A stretch of DNA of 64,000 bases from Podarcis vaucheri (lineage: Eukaryota), in assembly GCA_965113315.1 (NCBI GenBank), contig OZ220368.1. One strand, written 5' to 3'. Position numbers and translations under genes: made by a program. Shown in pieces: positions 13,022 to 25,915 of the stretch (position 1 is the stretch's first letter; each line of letters starts with the position of its first letter). Below the pieces are notes generated by a model. The model was not told the origin of the DNA, ran no database searches, and saw only the letters and a list, made by a program, of their open reading frames with translations.

Positions 13022-13076
13022 GGGCCCCCTGGTGGCGGAGGTCCTCCTGGAACACCTATCATGCCTAGCCCCGCAG
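13022..13076 (+). CDS. SSBP3: SSBP3 exon (GPPGGGGPPGTPIMPSPAD)
   Basis: aacag|GGG...GCAG|gtaagg; 55 nt, phase 0/1. Confidence 0.95.
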
Positions 13077-14778
13077 GTAAGGGTGAAAGAAAGCAGCACT
13101 AATTTCCCCCCATTTTTTATTTTTTATTTAAAGAGAATTGAGAGCCCGGTAACGGTTGGGTTAGCTTAGCAGGTTTCCTTTGCTGCTGGATTTTATTTAA
13201 GGTCGCAACAGCAACAATCTGCATGCCACCGATGCACTGTTTGGCTATTGATTGGGCGCAGCTGCTGTAAAGCAACCCGACTCTTTTCAAAGGGAGAGGT
13301 TTTGTCTTCCGTTCCTCTTTCCCTGCCCTCGCTGCCAGCCACGTGCTGATGGCTTTTATTCTGCCAGGGCTTAAAACATGAGGGAGCCCCGCAAGAGGGG
13401 TATGAGAAATGGGGTTAGTGGGAGATTTGGCTGCACCAAAAGCCTTTCCTGAGGGGTGGGAGGCGGCATGTACCATACTTCGGCCTTGAGCTCCCAGTAA
13501 GCCATGTGAAAGAGGTCGCTGCGTCCCTTGATGAATTATCCATGTGAAATTTGACACGTTGGGAGAGGTGTCGGGAATTTTTTAAAAACCTATTTTTATG
13601 TTGGTAGATAAGGAAAAATCATTTGTGGGAGGGGTGGATTTGTAGAAGTTAACTAGGAACATTCTCCAGATATCCAAAAGAAGTTTAAAGAGGGTTATTG
13701 TTGTTGTTTTTAAGCCAGTCCCACCCACCTTTTTTTTTTTAAAAAAAAAAAACCAACTTCTTTAGGGCTGTTCTGTTTTTGGGTTGCCCAGTATTAGCAC
13801 CAGGAAGGCCTACACAAATCTCTTTTTGTTGTCCGGGTCAGTGTTGTCGTGTTGCCATATTTGTACTGGGAGTAAATTCCACTTTGTAAAACAGTGCTCA
13901 CTCCCCAGGAGGCTGAGTAAAATTCCCTTCGCCCTTCGTGTATTTCCCTCGTAGTAAAGTGGGAGGGGAGGAAGAGAGAGTGTGTGTCAGTGCTGGGGCT
14001 GGTGAATATTCCTGATAGGCCTGCAAGGGTGATTTACTATACATTGCATGTGTTGGTGGCAAGAATAAAAGCAGGGGGAGTGGTGGCTCTGGGGAGGTAA
14101 GCCATGCCGCGTGTAACTCTCGTGTACCACAGCTGCAGGGGTGGAGCTTCAGTGTAGTATTACCACTGCCTTCCTGCTCTTGCATTTATATGAGAACTCT
14201 GACCTACATTTCAGACTAGGTCATAATAAAACAATCCATATGTTAATGTAGGCACCACTCCTCTCTCTCCCTCTCTCCCTCGTCACCATGGCCTGCTTGT
14301 AATTTGTGTATTTTTGTTTGTACTCTGCCCCTCAATTAAACACTTGTCTCATAGTGCTTTCATTATTAAGAAAAATATTGGGTTTTTTGTTGTTGTTGTT
14401 TTAAAAAAATATTGTGACTAAATGTCATCCATGTGTTTTGTTATTTTTTTAAAGATGAAATATGATGTTGTAGTAAGATAATTGCATCAGCTAATTTTGA
14501 GGTGTTATGCGACACATGGCAGCAAATTATCTTTCTACACCTCTCCTGGCAAGAAAGCCCCAATATTCTTGGTTAGTAGCAGAATTCTTTTCACAGTTGA
14601 ATTTCTGTGATTAAAAACTTTGTGAATCTTCATTAAATACAAATTAGCCAGAAAATGGTGGTACTTAGAGAGAATTTTAGGTGATAAAATACAAAAGAAT
14701 GAGTTCAAGTGGCATGAGTTTGTTTTAATTAAGAAATGAATTAATCACCCTGACTTAGTGGGTTTCACTGTTCTACAG

Positions 14779-14849
14779 ATTCGACAAATTCAAGTGACAA
14801 CATCTACACAATGATTAATCCCGTACCGCCTGGAGGCAGTCGGTCGAAT
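14779..14849 (+). CDS. SSBP3: SSBP3 exon (DSTNSSDNIYTMINPVPPGGSRSN)
   Basis: ctacag|AT...AAT|gtaagt; 71 nt, phase 1/0. Confidence 0.95.
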
Positions 14850-15747
14850 GTAAGTCTGCTTTCTAATAATTTACATATCAGATACCATAACAAATCATAA
14901 TTAACTTCATCAGTTGAGGGTAAAGCAGTTTAATTGATTTCAGCCATTTGTTACAAAACAGAAATAAAACAAACCATCAAAAAGTGATTAACTCTTCAGC
15001 GACTTTGTTAATTTTTTACGCTTATTAAAACAGCGGCGTTCACGCAGCTCTGGTCAAGATTGTCACGCACATTGCTGGTTAGCGGGGTTGCATTTAAAGG
15101 AGACACAGCTGATGCCCAGGCCTTTCTTCACCTTTTACTCAAGCTGATCTCAAAGAGATTCTGTTAAGATTACCTGCCAGATTTTTGTCTTCAGGACAAT
15201 GCCAGCCCAATATTTCCGATAAGCAGCTCTTATTGGGGAAGGGCAGCTCTTTCCTGAATACTTCTATGTTCAGACCCAGTTTTTCAGACTGAACTAGTCT
15301 AAACTCCAGTAGCTGGATGATTGCTTAAAGTGTGTCCTGTCCATTTCTCAGAAAACATTGTCCAAAGAGAATGGAATACAGAACAGAGAGGAGGCAGAGG
15401 AGGAGCAAACACTTAAATCTCAGGGTTTTAATTCATGGGATGTTAGGAGAAGCAAACTGATGATTGCAAGAATAAAAAACAACTGGGGTCTAAATACAGG
15501 TGTTGTGGCTTAATCCATTGACGCTAAATAAATCTGGTCCTAGCCAGTATTTGGATAGAAAACTGTCAAGGAATCCAGTGTGTGCTTCTCTATGTAACTT
15601 GGATGAAAGGCAGGGGTACAATTAGATGACATGGAGCCTAAAGAAATCTTGACTGGCAACTGAAACATTTTGGCAGATGAGATTTCAGAGGCCCGGATTA
15701 GTCATGTTATTAGAACTTTCAGCTCTTGCACTACTTCTGTCACTTAA

Positions 15748-15975
15748 GGGCAGGATTCAGCAAATGGGCCCCACCAGCAGAAGCCCATGCATGGACTTCC
15801 GCTAGCTTTCCTCCCTCTCCTCCTCCCATGCCCACAAAACTGGCTCTGTTGGGATCAGGAAAACACCCAGAAGTACCTGCAGGGTGAAGAGAGGACAAAG
15901 CATTCATTATACCACACAAGCAGAAAGATTTGTGCTAACGGAACAATTTGCTTAATGCTATGTTGAATTCCTCCC
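15748..15975. mobile_element. Old non-autonomous DNA-transposon-like repeat; inverted relative at 25231-25441
   Basis: Ends GGGCAGGATTCA...TGAATTCCTCCC; shares GCAGAAGCCCATGCA with the reverse complement of the 25231-25441 copy. Confidence 0.45.
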
Positions 15976-16606
15976 TTGGTTTGCACATCACAAGTTGGAG
16001 ATGGCTTTTATATGGACCCTGCATATAGTAGTAGTTTGTGGTTGAAGGGTTCCAGACTGCCCACACATGGTGCTGAAGTAGAGGGGGGCAGCAAAATTTC
16101 TGCCCAGCTGAAAAGCACAGTAGTTGTGGCATGGCCGGGCATAGGCCATCCAACAGTATCAGATGCCCAGACAACCATGTCTTAAGCTGGACAGCAGCTG
16201 CTCCATTTGGCTATCCACTTTGATCCAAAAGAGAAGAGCAGAGTTCCCTGCAACTTCCTTTCAGGATTGAGTCTGCCTACAGGAGTGGTACAAGATGCAA
16301 TAGATCAATGGCTTCTTCGAAGAGAGAGGGTGTGTATCAAACCTCCTCAATTTGGAAGACACATACCCAGTGGGCGATGGTGGGTTTTCAGTGCAAACTG
16401 TTGTTTCCTAAAGAGCTTTTCATTATTTTGTGTTTTAAACAGAATTCAGAAACCTCAGTTTGCAGAGCATTGCTGCCATTGGTGTTCTGAAGCATCTAGC
16501 TGCCAATAGACATACAAGCTAATATATTGTACTGTATGTTGGATATTTTATAATATGAGTGATGTGTGGTAACTGACAGCTCTTTCTTTCTTTCTTTCTT
16601 TCTCAG

Positions 16607-16685
16607 TTCCCCATGGGACCTGGCTCAGATGGCCCAATGGGGGGCATGGGTGGGATGGAGCCGCATCACATGAATGGCTCATTAG
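16607..16685 (+). CDS. SSBP3: SSBP3 exon ([27 protein letters not shown])
   Basis: (TTTC)n tract plus ctcag|TTC...TTAG|gtaaga; 79 nt, phase 0/1. Confidence 0.95.
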
Positions 16686-18030
16686 GTAAGACTTCAGCAA
16701 TATTCAGCGTTTTTGGACTATCTTCTCACGGGACATCCCAGAACCAGCAGTGATAAAATGAGTTCTAGTTGCGCACTTTGTCATTTTAACTGTATAGGAT
16801 GTGCAATCACAAACACATTTTAACATTCTTCATGTACTTGTTCCTGGCTGAAAACATTGCTTTATGTTAATGTGGGAATGCAGAATTTTTGATTGGAGGA
16901 TCAACACCAGGCAGTGGAATAGTTGTTTAAGATATGTTATAATCTGTTTGGGTCCAGAATTAGAGTGCCCTTGGTACAGAACCTTGGGAGGACATGCAGT
17001 GAGCCACAAATTGCTTTGATTGTTGCTTTTTGCAGTGACCCTGGTGTAGGGTTACTTCGGGTGTATTCCCCCCTGCAGTCTAGGGGGGAAATGTTTGAAT
17101 CAGGGATTAGTACAGGTATCAGTTCTTGCAAGGACCCTTTGCAAGGTGGTGGGGTGACCCTAGTCCTAGCTAGACTCGCCACCCAGGGCCTTTGTCCTGA
17201 TAAAAACTCTGCAAAATCCTGTAGCAGATGCTTTCTGACCTCAGAGCTCCTAGGGCTGGGCCTGTTGGCTGATGTGTGCTTTCGGCATTTGTTTTTGTGG
17301 TGCGGATCCTGTTTGTTTCCAGAGCTTTGGGGACTTGCTCAGTCAGTGCTGGTAATCTGCAAAGCCCAGTCTTGTGAGGGCTTGGCCATTCCTGACACAC
17401 TCAGCGTAGGAAAGTAGCCAGGGAGCAGGGATAGCTGGTCACAGGCTTTGCCAGGCTCCTGTTGATGGATAAAGGCGAAGCGGCAGCATCAACCTAACCG
17501 TGGCACGAGTGTTTTAATTAAAGCAGCAGAAAGACCCATTAACCTCCTCTGTTTGCCTTATACATCTTGCTGAAGTAGAGGTGCTATACTCCATCTTGAT
17601 CAGTGTCACGAAGCTCGCGGGAGGGAGCCGAGGCCGTAGCAACTCGATTAGGCCATTACTCTAGTGCCGTGCAGGAAGGTGAGCCGGGGCTCTGCTCCCG
17701 GGAGTTCTGCATGCAAAGGAATGGCAGCTGAGGCAACCCCAGCATGTCCCTTTCTGGAGGCAAATGTTAAGAGGTTTGCATTAGCCCAGCTGTGACCTGC
17801 AGCTCACTAATGTACTGCCAGCTGCTTCCGGGAAGGCCAAGGCGGAGCTTTTTGCAGCCGCGTCTTATTTCTGGATGATGGTTCAGGAGCCGGACACTTC
17901 GGTGCAGAACGGGGGTGGGGGGAGTGGGGAGAGCTGATTTGGGGGGGGACCCTAATTGAGAGCAAGGAAATCAGCTATCCCCCACTAACAGCCTACCGTT
18001 CTTTTCTTTCTTTTGTTCTTCTTTCGCAAG

Positions 18031-18059
18031 GGTCAGGAGACATAGATGGACTTCCAAAA
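18031..18059 (+). CDS. SSBP3: SSBP3 micro-exon (GSGDIDGLPK)
   Basis: gcaag|GG...AAA|gtaagt; 29 nt, phase 1/0. Confidence 0.93.
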
Positions 18060-18460
18060 GTAAGTCTGCATTCTTAGACTGGGCCGTGTTCTTTTGTTCT
18101 TGCTTTCATGGACAAAATAACAACTATGTTGTGGGGTTAATATGGGACCCTGGGGGTAGGGGCAGGGAGGGAGTACTGAAGCTCTACCCTTCTTTTCTGC
18201 CCTCTGCTCACCAGCGCAAGGACATTTTCTCCTTCTTCTCCCCCCCTCTTTTGCTCTTAGCCCTGTGAGGGAGTCATCAAACACAAGTCATTTTCTCATA
18301 TATATTTAGCTATCCGTGTGATCTTTTTTTCCATTGTAGAACAATATGTTTTTGTTGCAGTTGCTAGTACGCAGCATACTCGAAAAGGCACACACTCACT
18401 TCTTGCATGTGTATCTCTGTGTGGTCTGTTGTTTCTTTTTAAAACAAAAAAAACCTGCAG

Positions 18461-18562
18461 AATTCTCCAAACAACATAAGTGGCATTAGCAATCCTCCCG
18501 GCACTCCACGAGATGATGGTGAACTGGGAGGCAACTTCCTCCATTCCTTCCAGAATGACAAT
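18461..18562 (+). CDS. SSBP3: SSBP3 exon ([34 protein letters not shown])
   Basis: ctgcag|AAT...AAT|gtgagt; 102 nt. Confidence 0.95.
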
Positions 18563-20164
18563 GTGAGTCATCCTTACACCAACTCTTCATGCTAACCGGG
18601 GTTTGAATCACAGAGCCTGTTAGGCTCTTTCAAGCTATTTCTGGGAAGGAATCATTGATATGTGCAGAGAGGGGAGAGGGAGGAGGTGCTATGTGATCAT
18701 AAAAGGGTGGGGGGAGGGAACTAGACATAGAGAAATGGCAGCTTTGGAGCTGACAAAACTTGGAAAAGGTACACAGTACAGCATATTGAGACCTGACATA
18801 CCTTTCAAAGACAAAAGGTATAAATGGTTCCAAACCGAGGTGATTAAAATAGAGAAAAGAAACCATGGTTCACTTGTCTTGCTAAACCATGATTTGCTTA
18901 GCTTAACTGCTGTGCTTTGCTTGCATCTCTGAACCACCCACTCCAGCCAACTAATTATGGTTTGCCCGTGGACAACAAACCAGACTGTGAAACCATGGCT
19001 TTAAGCTGGTTTATGAAGCTATGCCTACAAAACAAGAGACAGGAGCAGTCAGAAAATGAAGCCAACATTGGACAGCACAAGCCATGGTTACTTGACTCAT
19101 TTGTGAGGGTCATCCTGGTTTGATCAGCAAGCCATGGGTTATTAAGTTGGACCACCCAGCAATGTAGTTACCACTTCGATACATGATTACAGTCAGCAGG
19201 CAAGCAGCAAATTAATATGTATGGCTTCCAAGCACTGTATATGTGAGTGAGTGAGATCACATCTGGCAGTCTACATGTCCATTTCATGCTGTTTCCATAA
19301 CAGTGATTTCAGTGAATGTGAAGCATCTAAATAGAAGGATTCCTCCTGCTCACTAGAGGAAGGCCTCATCCTGCCCTCCCCCTTGTTCTGGAGTGTCATC
19401 TGGCGCTTTGGAGAAACTTTCCAGGGTGGGAGGGGGAGAGGAAGAATCTGCAATGGCTTCCCTCCTTTCCTCCTGTGAGGGGTCCTGTGGGGACAGAATT
19501 CTACCCAGGAGTAGTCTCAGTTGATAGTTATTGCACCAGCCATGTATATCCATGTTTTGCATAGTAGCATATGCCAAAGACTGAGCCCTGCCCTGCCCTT
19601 CAGAATTCCCAGTCAAAATTTAGATGAGCAAAGGGGAAGGGCTAGGAAAGCTGCCTGCCTCCTTGAGTTGAATACGTCCATACATGAGGTCCTAATGCTC
19701 CTGCGTTTCACTCCAGATGTTAGTTTTACCAGTGGTACTTCATTACATGCAGTGGCGCCTTGAAATGAAACACAGTATGTTTCCTATAAAAGACTGTAAA
19801 CTGGCACTATATTTATCATTATATACATTGGGGGGATTTTTTTTTTTAAATTGTGTTCTGCCACATACTGTTTAGGCTTTTTTATTATTATTAAACTCTC
19901 CTTTACCCCCCAGTTTGGCAAACTGTGGTTTGGGGAAATGGGAGCGATTATGTCCTGATAAATTAGTCTTTAGCATATTCTAGCCCTCCTGATTTATTGA
20001 AGCCAATTACGTTGCTTTATAGTTTTCATAAGCCCACATCTCTTTCATATCTCATTTCCTCAGCTTCCGCAACATTTAGCATTTTGGTCTTGTTCTTGCC
20101 TCACTCTAACGCTGTGATTTCTCTCTTTCTCCGCCCCCTCCCCGTTTCCCTCCCAACCGCCCAG

Positions 20165-20194
20165 TATTCTCCCAGCATGACGATGAGTGTGTGA
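20165..20194 (+). CDS. SSBP3: SSBP3 terminal coding exon (YSPSMTMSV*)
   Basis: cccag|TAT...GTG TGA; the C-terminus YSPSMTMSV is characteristic of the SSBP family. Confidence 0.95.
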   Translation, partial: YSPSMTMSV

Positions 20195-22190
20195 TTTCCC
20201 TCCTCCCTCACCCCGCATCCTCTTCTCCAGGATAAAGAAAAAGTCGGCTGCCATTTGGAGGATCTCAAGAAATTATGCAAGAAGAGAATCTAGGTGTGTT
20301 TGGCAGGGAGACATGCAGAGAGCCGGGGGGAGACCCACCCCTGATTTTTAGTTTCATGCAATAAAAAGGCTGAACTTTTTATTCCATAAAACAATGAAGG
20401 ACAAATCTTTAAAATATTTCAAGACATGACCAGATCCTTCTGCAGAGGAAGGGTTTATTCTATGTACATGACACTTTTTCGTTGATTTTTTTTTTTTTTG
20501 GAAACAAAACAAAAGCCTCTAGCACCCGATTTCCAACCTCCTTTGCTTGATTATTCTTTTAAACCTGTTGTATGTTTGTGCTGTGCTACGCAAGGAAGCT
20601 AGTCTAGATATGAAATCTCATGTTGTCTCTGTAGCCATTTTAAAATAATTAATAAAACTGGAGAGTTTGGTTTTTTTATATATATAAATTGGTGGGTTTT
20701 GTTCGGAAGACCACTTCCTCCCTCTCCCCCCCCCCTCACCCCAACTTCTTTTTGTTTTGGTTGGTTTTTGTTCCCCCCCCCCCCCCCGCATTTGATGTTT
20801 TGCAGCACAAAACATTCTCCAGCAAGGAAGATCCAAGTGGAACAGATTTCTTCTGCCTCATTCTCAGTTGCGTAATGCAGCTTGGCCCCCTTGTAGGATC
20901 ACATCCTCCAAAACTTTTAATTGTGATCTTGGTATCTGTGACTGTGGCATGCACTGTATTAGCCCCCTCCCTCCCTTGTCCTTCTCCCCAAATTACAAAG
21001 AAATGTTATTAACTCCCCTTTTGCAAATTTTTTGAAGTGTCAAAAATTCCGGGGGTGGGTGGGTAGGTGGGGTTAGGGTACGTGGCATTTTATTTTTTAT
21101 GTTGGGGAGGTGTTGGTCCACCGGAATTGAAAGGGAAAGGGGTTAAAAACTTGACCTGGGACACGAAAACTGTGAGCGCAAACTTCTTAACATTTGTTTT
21201 TTGTTTTAATGAAATGATGTGATCTTATTAGGGTTTCACTGTATATGCTCTGAAACTGGATGGAGATATTTTTAAGTAATTATTGTTGTTAAAATGTATA
21301 CTTGCTATTCTGTAGGCTCTCTCTCTCTCTTACTCTGTAATTAAAAGCAAAATTAAAAAAAAAACCCTTACCTTCTCATGGTAGAGGTGACTACAGAAAA
21401 GCATACAATGTATAGTGAAACTCGCAAGTCTTGGGATCTCTGTACATTACACTCCCTTGTAGCTGGTCTTTGTTTTATATAAAAAGAAGAAAAAACTTCA
21501 CTTCTGATCTATGTATTTCATATTATGTAAAATATTATCTTCCCCTGGATTTACCTACCTTTGTGCGGATTCTTGAGAACATTGTATCTTGTTTCAGTGT
21601 TTTTTCTTACCTTGTAGTCTGGTTCTAAAATTAAGCGAGGGAAAAGAAAAGTAATTATTATACATTGTAGTTTGTGTACGATATTTGTTGATAATGTTTT
21701 ATTAAAGGGATGTCTTTTTTCCGCACCCCTTAACGAAATGTTTTTTTTTTTTTTGTTTGGTTTTTTGGGGGGGAAACATTGGCTTTTTATTATTCTGACT
21801 GAAAACAAAAACTATGTGAATTGACAAACTTTTTTAGTAGTACAATGACTTTTTTTAATGTTTGCCTTTTTCTTAGGCATTTTAATTGTGTTTTCTCTGT
21901 AGAAATATGATGGGGGGGTGGGGTTGACAAATGGTTGGTCTCTCAGTCAAGAAAATATTTAAAAGCGGGGTGGCGGGGGGGATAAACCGGCAAACCAATT
22001 TGTCCCATTGCTAATGCAGCACCCTTTCTATTTTTTTTAAAGGATAACTGACAGGTTTCATTGTATTAAAGTGATAGCTAAATTATTGTCTTCATTGGTT
22101 CGGGGTGGTTTTTAAAAGATGAATCAAGACCCTCTCCTCTCCCTTTCCCCCCATGCTGTAATAAATATAAACATTTGATTTCAGTCCCTT
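20195..22190 (+). other. SSBP3: SSBP3 3'UTR with several poly(A) signals (AATAAA 20360, 20651, 22160; ATTAAA 21701)
   Basis: U/A-rich sequence with no recognisable TE after the stop. The distal AATAAA at 22160-22165 is preceded by TGTA and followed by GU-rich sequence. The end position is inferred. Confidence 0.6.
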
Positions 22191-23262
22191 GCTGTTTGTT
22201 ACTGTTGTAGCAGCTGTCTTCTGACTCTCGTGCCTGCAGTGGTTCCAGAAGAGATGGCTTGGGGTGTGGTCTATGGTCATCGGCTGAATTCGTTATTCTG
22301 AAGACACAGCTAACTGCTTGTCACAAAGGTTATAGGTGTGTTGGATTCCAGGCTCCTGCCACCACATTCGTTTTTAAGACATTATTATCCTGTTCAGTCA
22401 ATATTGAAAATGCATAGGAAAAGTAGCTTGAGAACAGTATAATATCAGACAATGGAGGAACAACAAATCCAGCCCTACTATTAGACAGAGTGAGACAGCT
22501 GCCTCAGGTGGCAGATCTTTGGGGGCAGCAGCTCTCTAAGCTGTTTCCTTCTGTTGGAAGTAACCCAAACTCCTGCCCTCAAGAGAAGGACACTGTCCCA
22601 CTGGCAGTGTTGAGATAACATTCAGCTGCTTGTGAACGGGGAGTGGAGTGCTTGTTTGTCCTTTGCTTTAGGCAGAAAAAAAGGCCATTCAAGATGGTGG
22701 CAGCAGTTCTAAAGCTCTTGAAATAAGGGTTATAAGCAGACCTCCAGAAAAACTACTGTGTGTTTTTAAAACAGCAGAAGTCCTCAGTGATCCTTCCTGC
22801 TAGCTGCTCACAAGAAGCAGAAAATGAACCCGCAGTGGTGTTGAGTTTGACACCGTTCGCCCGAAAAGGCTTGTGCTGTTGTGATCTGTGAGGTATGGCT
22901 GTACCCATGTGATTGTCAGTGGAGGAAGCCTGGATTACTGCCTTCAGGGTGGCGTCGTCATACTTGTGGAAGAAGTTGCTATCTAAGGTTGTTGTGACCT
23001 ACTTTTGCTCACCTCTGGGAGCTTTGGACTTCTCCAACGACACAGCTCCTTTCTAAATGGCAAGCCATTCCTGAAAGAGAGTTTCATTAAGCTGCTTTTG
23101 AAACGAAGGAAACTATACCAGCCTGTGGTATAGTTCTGCGAATCCTGGCCCAGGAATCTCTGTGCGGGATATTGTTTCAGCTATACAAGTTGCAAATATA
23201 TGCAGGGAAGGTGCCAGTCCTGTCTAGCCATTCCTAATTATGTTGGTAGTTATTTTGTAGTA

Positions 23263-23504
23263 CAGTGGTACCTCGGGTTACATACGCTTCAGGTTACATA
23301 TGCTTCAGGTTACAGACTCCGCTAACCCAGAAATAGTGCTTCAGGTTAAGAATTTTGCTTCAGGACAAGAACAGAAATCGTGCTCTGGCGGCGCGGCGTC
23401 AGCAGGAGGCCCCATTAGCTAAAGTGGTGCTTCAGGTTAAGAACAGTTTCAGGTTAAGAACGGACCTCCAGAATGAATTAAGTACTTAACCCGAGGTACC
23501 ACTG
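23263..23504. mobile_element. Tigger/mariner-type MITE
   Basis: Perfect 18-bp TIR CAGTGGTACCTCGGGTTA; TA TSD (23261-62, 23505-06); internal GCTTCAGGTTA-like repeats. Confidence 0.92.
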
Positions 23505-24407
23505 TACATGGGAAAGCTGACAGAAGAAGAAAAAATTATTCCAGTTCACAAGAGTTCCACTACCTGGTCAGTTGAAGCTATTTTTTGCATAGGCTGTTTA
23601 GTCGCTCCCAGGCCTTTGCAGGGGAGATTGTGAAGAGGTCCCTCTAGCCGTATGTGGTGCCACAGGGGTGGGGGTGGGGACCCCAAGGGCTGCATCCTCT
23701 TCTGGGTCGCCTTCCAAAGGGCCACATGGTAATGGTGGGTGGAGCCAGAGGAAAAAGTAGGTGGAGCAATGGGTGTGAACCTTTGTATACTGGGCTAGTT
23801 TCTACACATGCTCACACACAATTCTCTGTTGTCCATCAAAGCGAGCAGGAGATATGATCAGAGTTCAAGGACACCTTCCAGCCAGGCATAACCACTCAAA
23901 AGAGGATATGAAGAAAGGCCAGAGGCTGCTGTGCCTATAGGTTGATGTGGAGGAGCAGATCCACCTTTATAGTGGGCTGCTCCCACAGCAGTTACTTCTC
24001 AGCTCGCTTCTCTCTGGTGTGGAGAAACATTACGGAGATGAAGAGTAATTTTTGCAGCAGTGGTCTTTGATACTCGTCTCATCGTGTGAGGAGGAAGTCC
24101 TTGTGCCGTTATAGTATGAGCACATCCAACAGCTGCTGACCATCTGAGAACGCTGACTATGGATGGTCCACATCAGGATTAGTTGGATAAGTAAACACAG
24201 CACCCACCGTTCAAGCAACGTAGTGGTGTGGTTGTACAAAACTCCGTGCACTTTTGCAATCTTGTTTTGAAAGCAGTGTTGATCTTTCCACTTGCAGTTC
24301 AGAGCTCAGTCACGCAACCGGCAGTGTGGAAAACTGCCCAGTGCATGTAACAAAAACCTGGGCAATGTCTTGCAGCACTAGAATTCATCTTAAGCAGCAG
24401 CTGCTAG

Positions 24408-25078
24408 TCATAGAATCTTTAAAGTTGGAAGGGACCCCAAGGGTCATCAAGCATCCATGACAGATGGCCATCCAACCTCTGCTTAAAAACCTGCAAGGAG
24501 GAAGAGTCCACCACCTCTCGTGCGAGTCTGTTCCACTGCCAAACAGCTCTTACTGTCAGAAAGTTTAGTCGGATGTTTAGTCGGAATCTCCTTGCTTGTA
24601 GCAATTGGTTTGAGTCCTACCCTCCAGAGCAGGAGAAAACAAGCTTGCTCCCCCTTCCATGTGACAGCCCTTAAGATATTTGAAGATGACTTTTATATCT
24701 CCTCTCAGTCTCCTCTTTTCCAGAATAAACATACCTAGCTCCTTCAAACGCTCATCGTAAGGCTTGGTCTCCAGGTCCTTTATCATCTTGGTTGCCCTCC
24801 TCTGCACATGTTGCAGCTTGTCAACATCCCTCTTAAATTGTGGTGCCCAGAATTGGACACAGTATTCCAGGTGGGGGTCTGACCAAGGCAGAATAGAGTA
24901 GGACTATTACTTCCCTTGATGTGGACACTATACTTCTGTTGATGCAGCCTAGAATAGAATTAGCTTTTTTGCTTCTGCATCACACTGTTGACTCATGTTA
25001 AGCTTGTGGTCTACCAAGACCCCTAGATCCTTTTCACATGTACTGCTAGTAAGTGAGGTGTCCCCCATCCTATATTTG
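24408..25078 (-). mobile_element. CR1 LINE, 5'-truncated, ORF2 C-terminal remnant
   Basis: ORF fragments QRRATKMIKDLE...LKELGMFILEKRRLRGD and EKDLGVLVDHKLNMSQQCD; GATTCTATGA 3' terminus. Confidence 0.92.
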
Positions 25079-25562
25079 TCTGGTTCTTCCAGCCTAAGTG
25101 CAGCCATCTGATTAAAAGCAGAAAAGGCCCGCAACACTCTGCTTCCTCCCTCCTGGTTCTCTAGCATAATGACTACCAGAATGGTCTGACTTCTCCAAAG
25201 TTTCCCCCCCCGCCCCCAGAGAGCAATACAGGGAGGAATTCAAAATGGTGCTAATTGCTCTTGTCAGCTCAGCTCAAAGCATTTTTGCTTGCCTGGTAGA
25301 ACAATCTCCTGCATGCTGTTGTGGTGATTCTCGCAGAAAAAACCTCCAGGCAATTTGGGGGGCATATGGGGGAGCAGCCCCGCTGTAGTAGCAGTAGACC
25401 TTGCATGGGCTTCTGCTAGTGAGACCTGTTGAATCCAGCCCTCCATGTATTACCTTTTCACATCTAAACAACACGGCACTTGGACTCAGCAACACTTAAA
25501 TCCTGATTCATCCCAGGGACAGGGAGCAAGGCAGTTGATGAATACTCATGCAATAGTATTGT

Positions 25563-25915
25563 GGGACACGGGGGGCGCTGTGGGTTAAACCACAGAGTCT
25601 AGGGCTTGCCGATCAGAAGGTTGGCGGTTCAAATCCCCGCGATGGGATAAGCTCCTGTTGCTTCGTCCCAGCTCCTGCCAACCCAGCAGTTCGAAAGAAC
25701 ATCAGTGCAAGTAGATAAATAGGTACTGCTCTGGCGGGAAGGTAAACGGTGTTTCCGTGCACTGCTCTGGTTCGTCGGAAGCGGCTTAGTCATGCTGGCC
25801 ACATGACCCAGAAGCTGTACGCCGGCTCCCTCAGCCAATAAAAGCGAGATGAGCGCCGCAACCCCAGAGTCGGTCACGACTGGACATAATGGTCAGGGGT
25901 CTCTTTACTTTTTAC
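25563..25915 (+). mobile_element. Full-length Sauria-type tRNA-derived SINE
   Basis: A-box GGCGCTGTGGG, B-box GGTTCAAATCC, GTGCAAGTAGATAAATAGGTAC core, TTTAC-repeat tail; TSD CATGCAATAG at 25547-25556 and 25916-25925. Confidence 0.9.

Noticed and set aside
17992-18030. In-frame 39-nt alternative acceptor for the SSBP3 micro-exon
   Set aside because: The AG directly abuts the CTAAC branch site, and the extension is simply the pyrimidine tract.
22755-22999. ~80 open codons on the minus strand (VTTTLDSNFFHKYDDATLK...)
   Set aside because: No recognisable homology, poor acceptor and no partner exons; consistent with chance.
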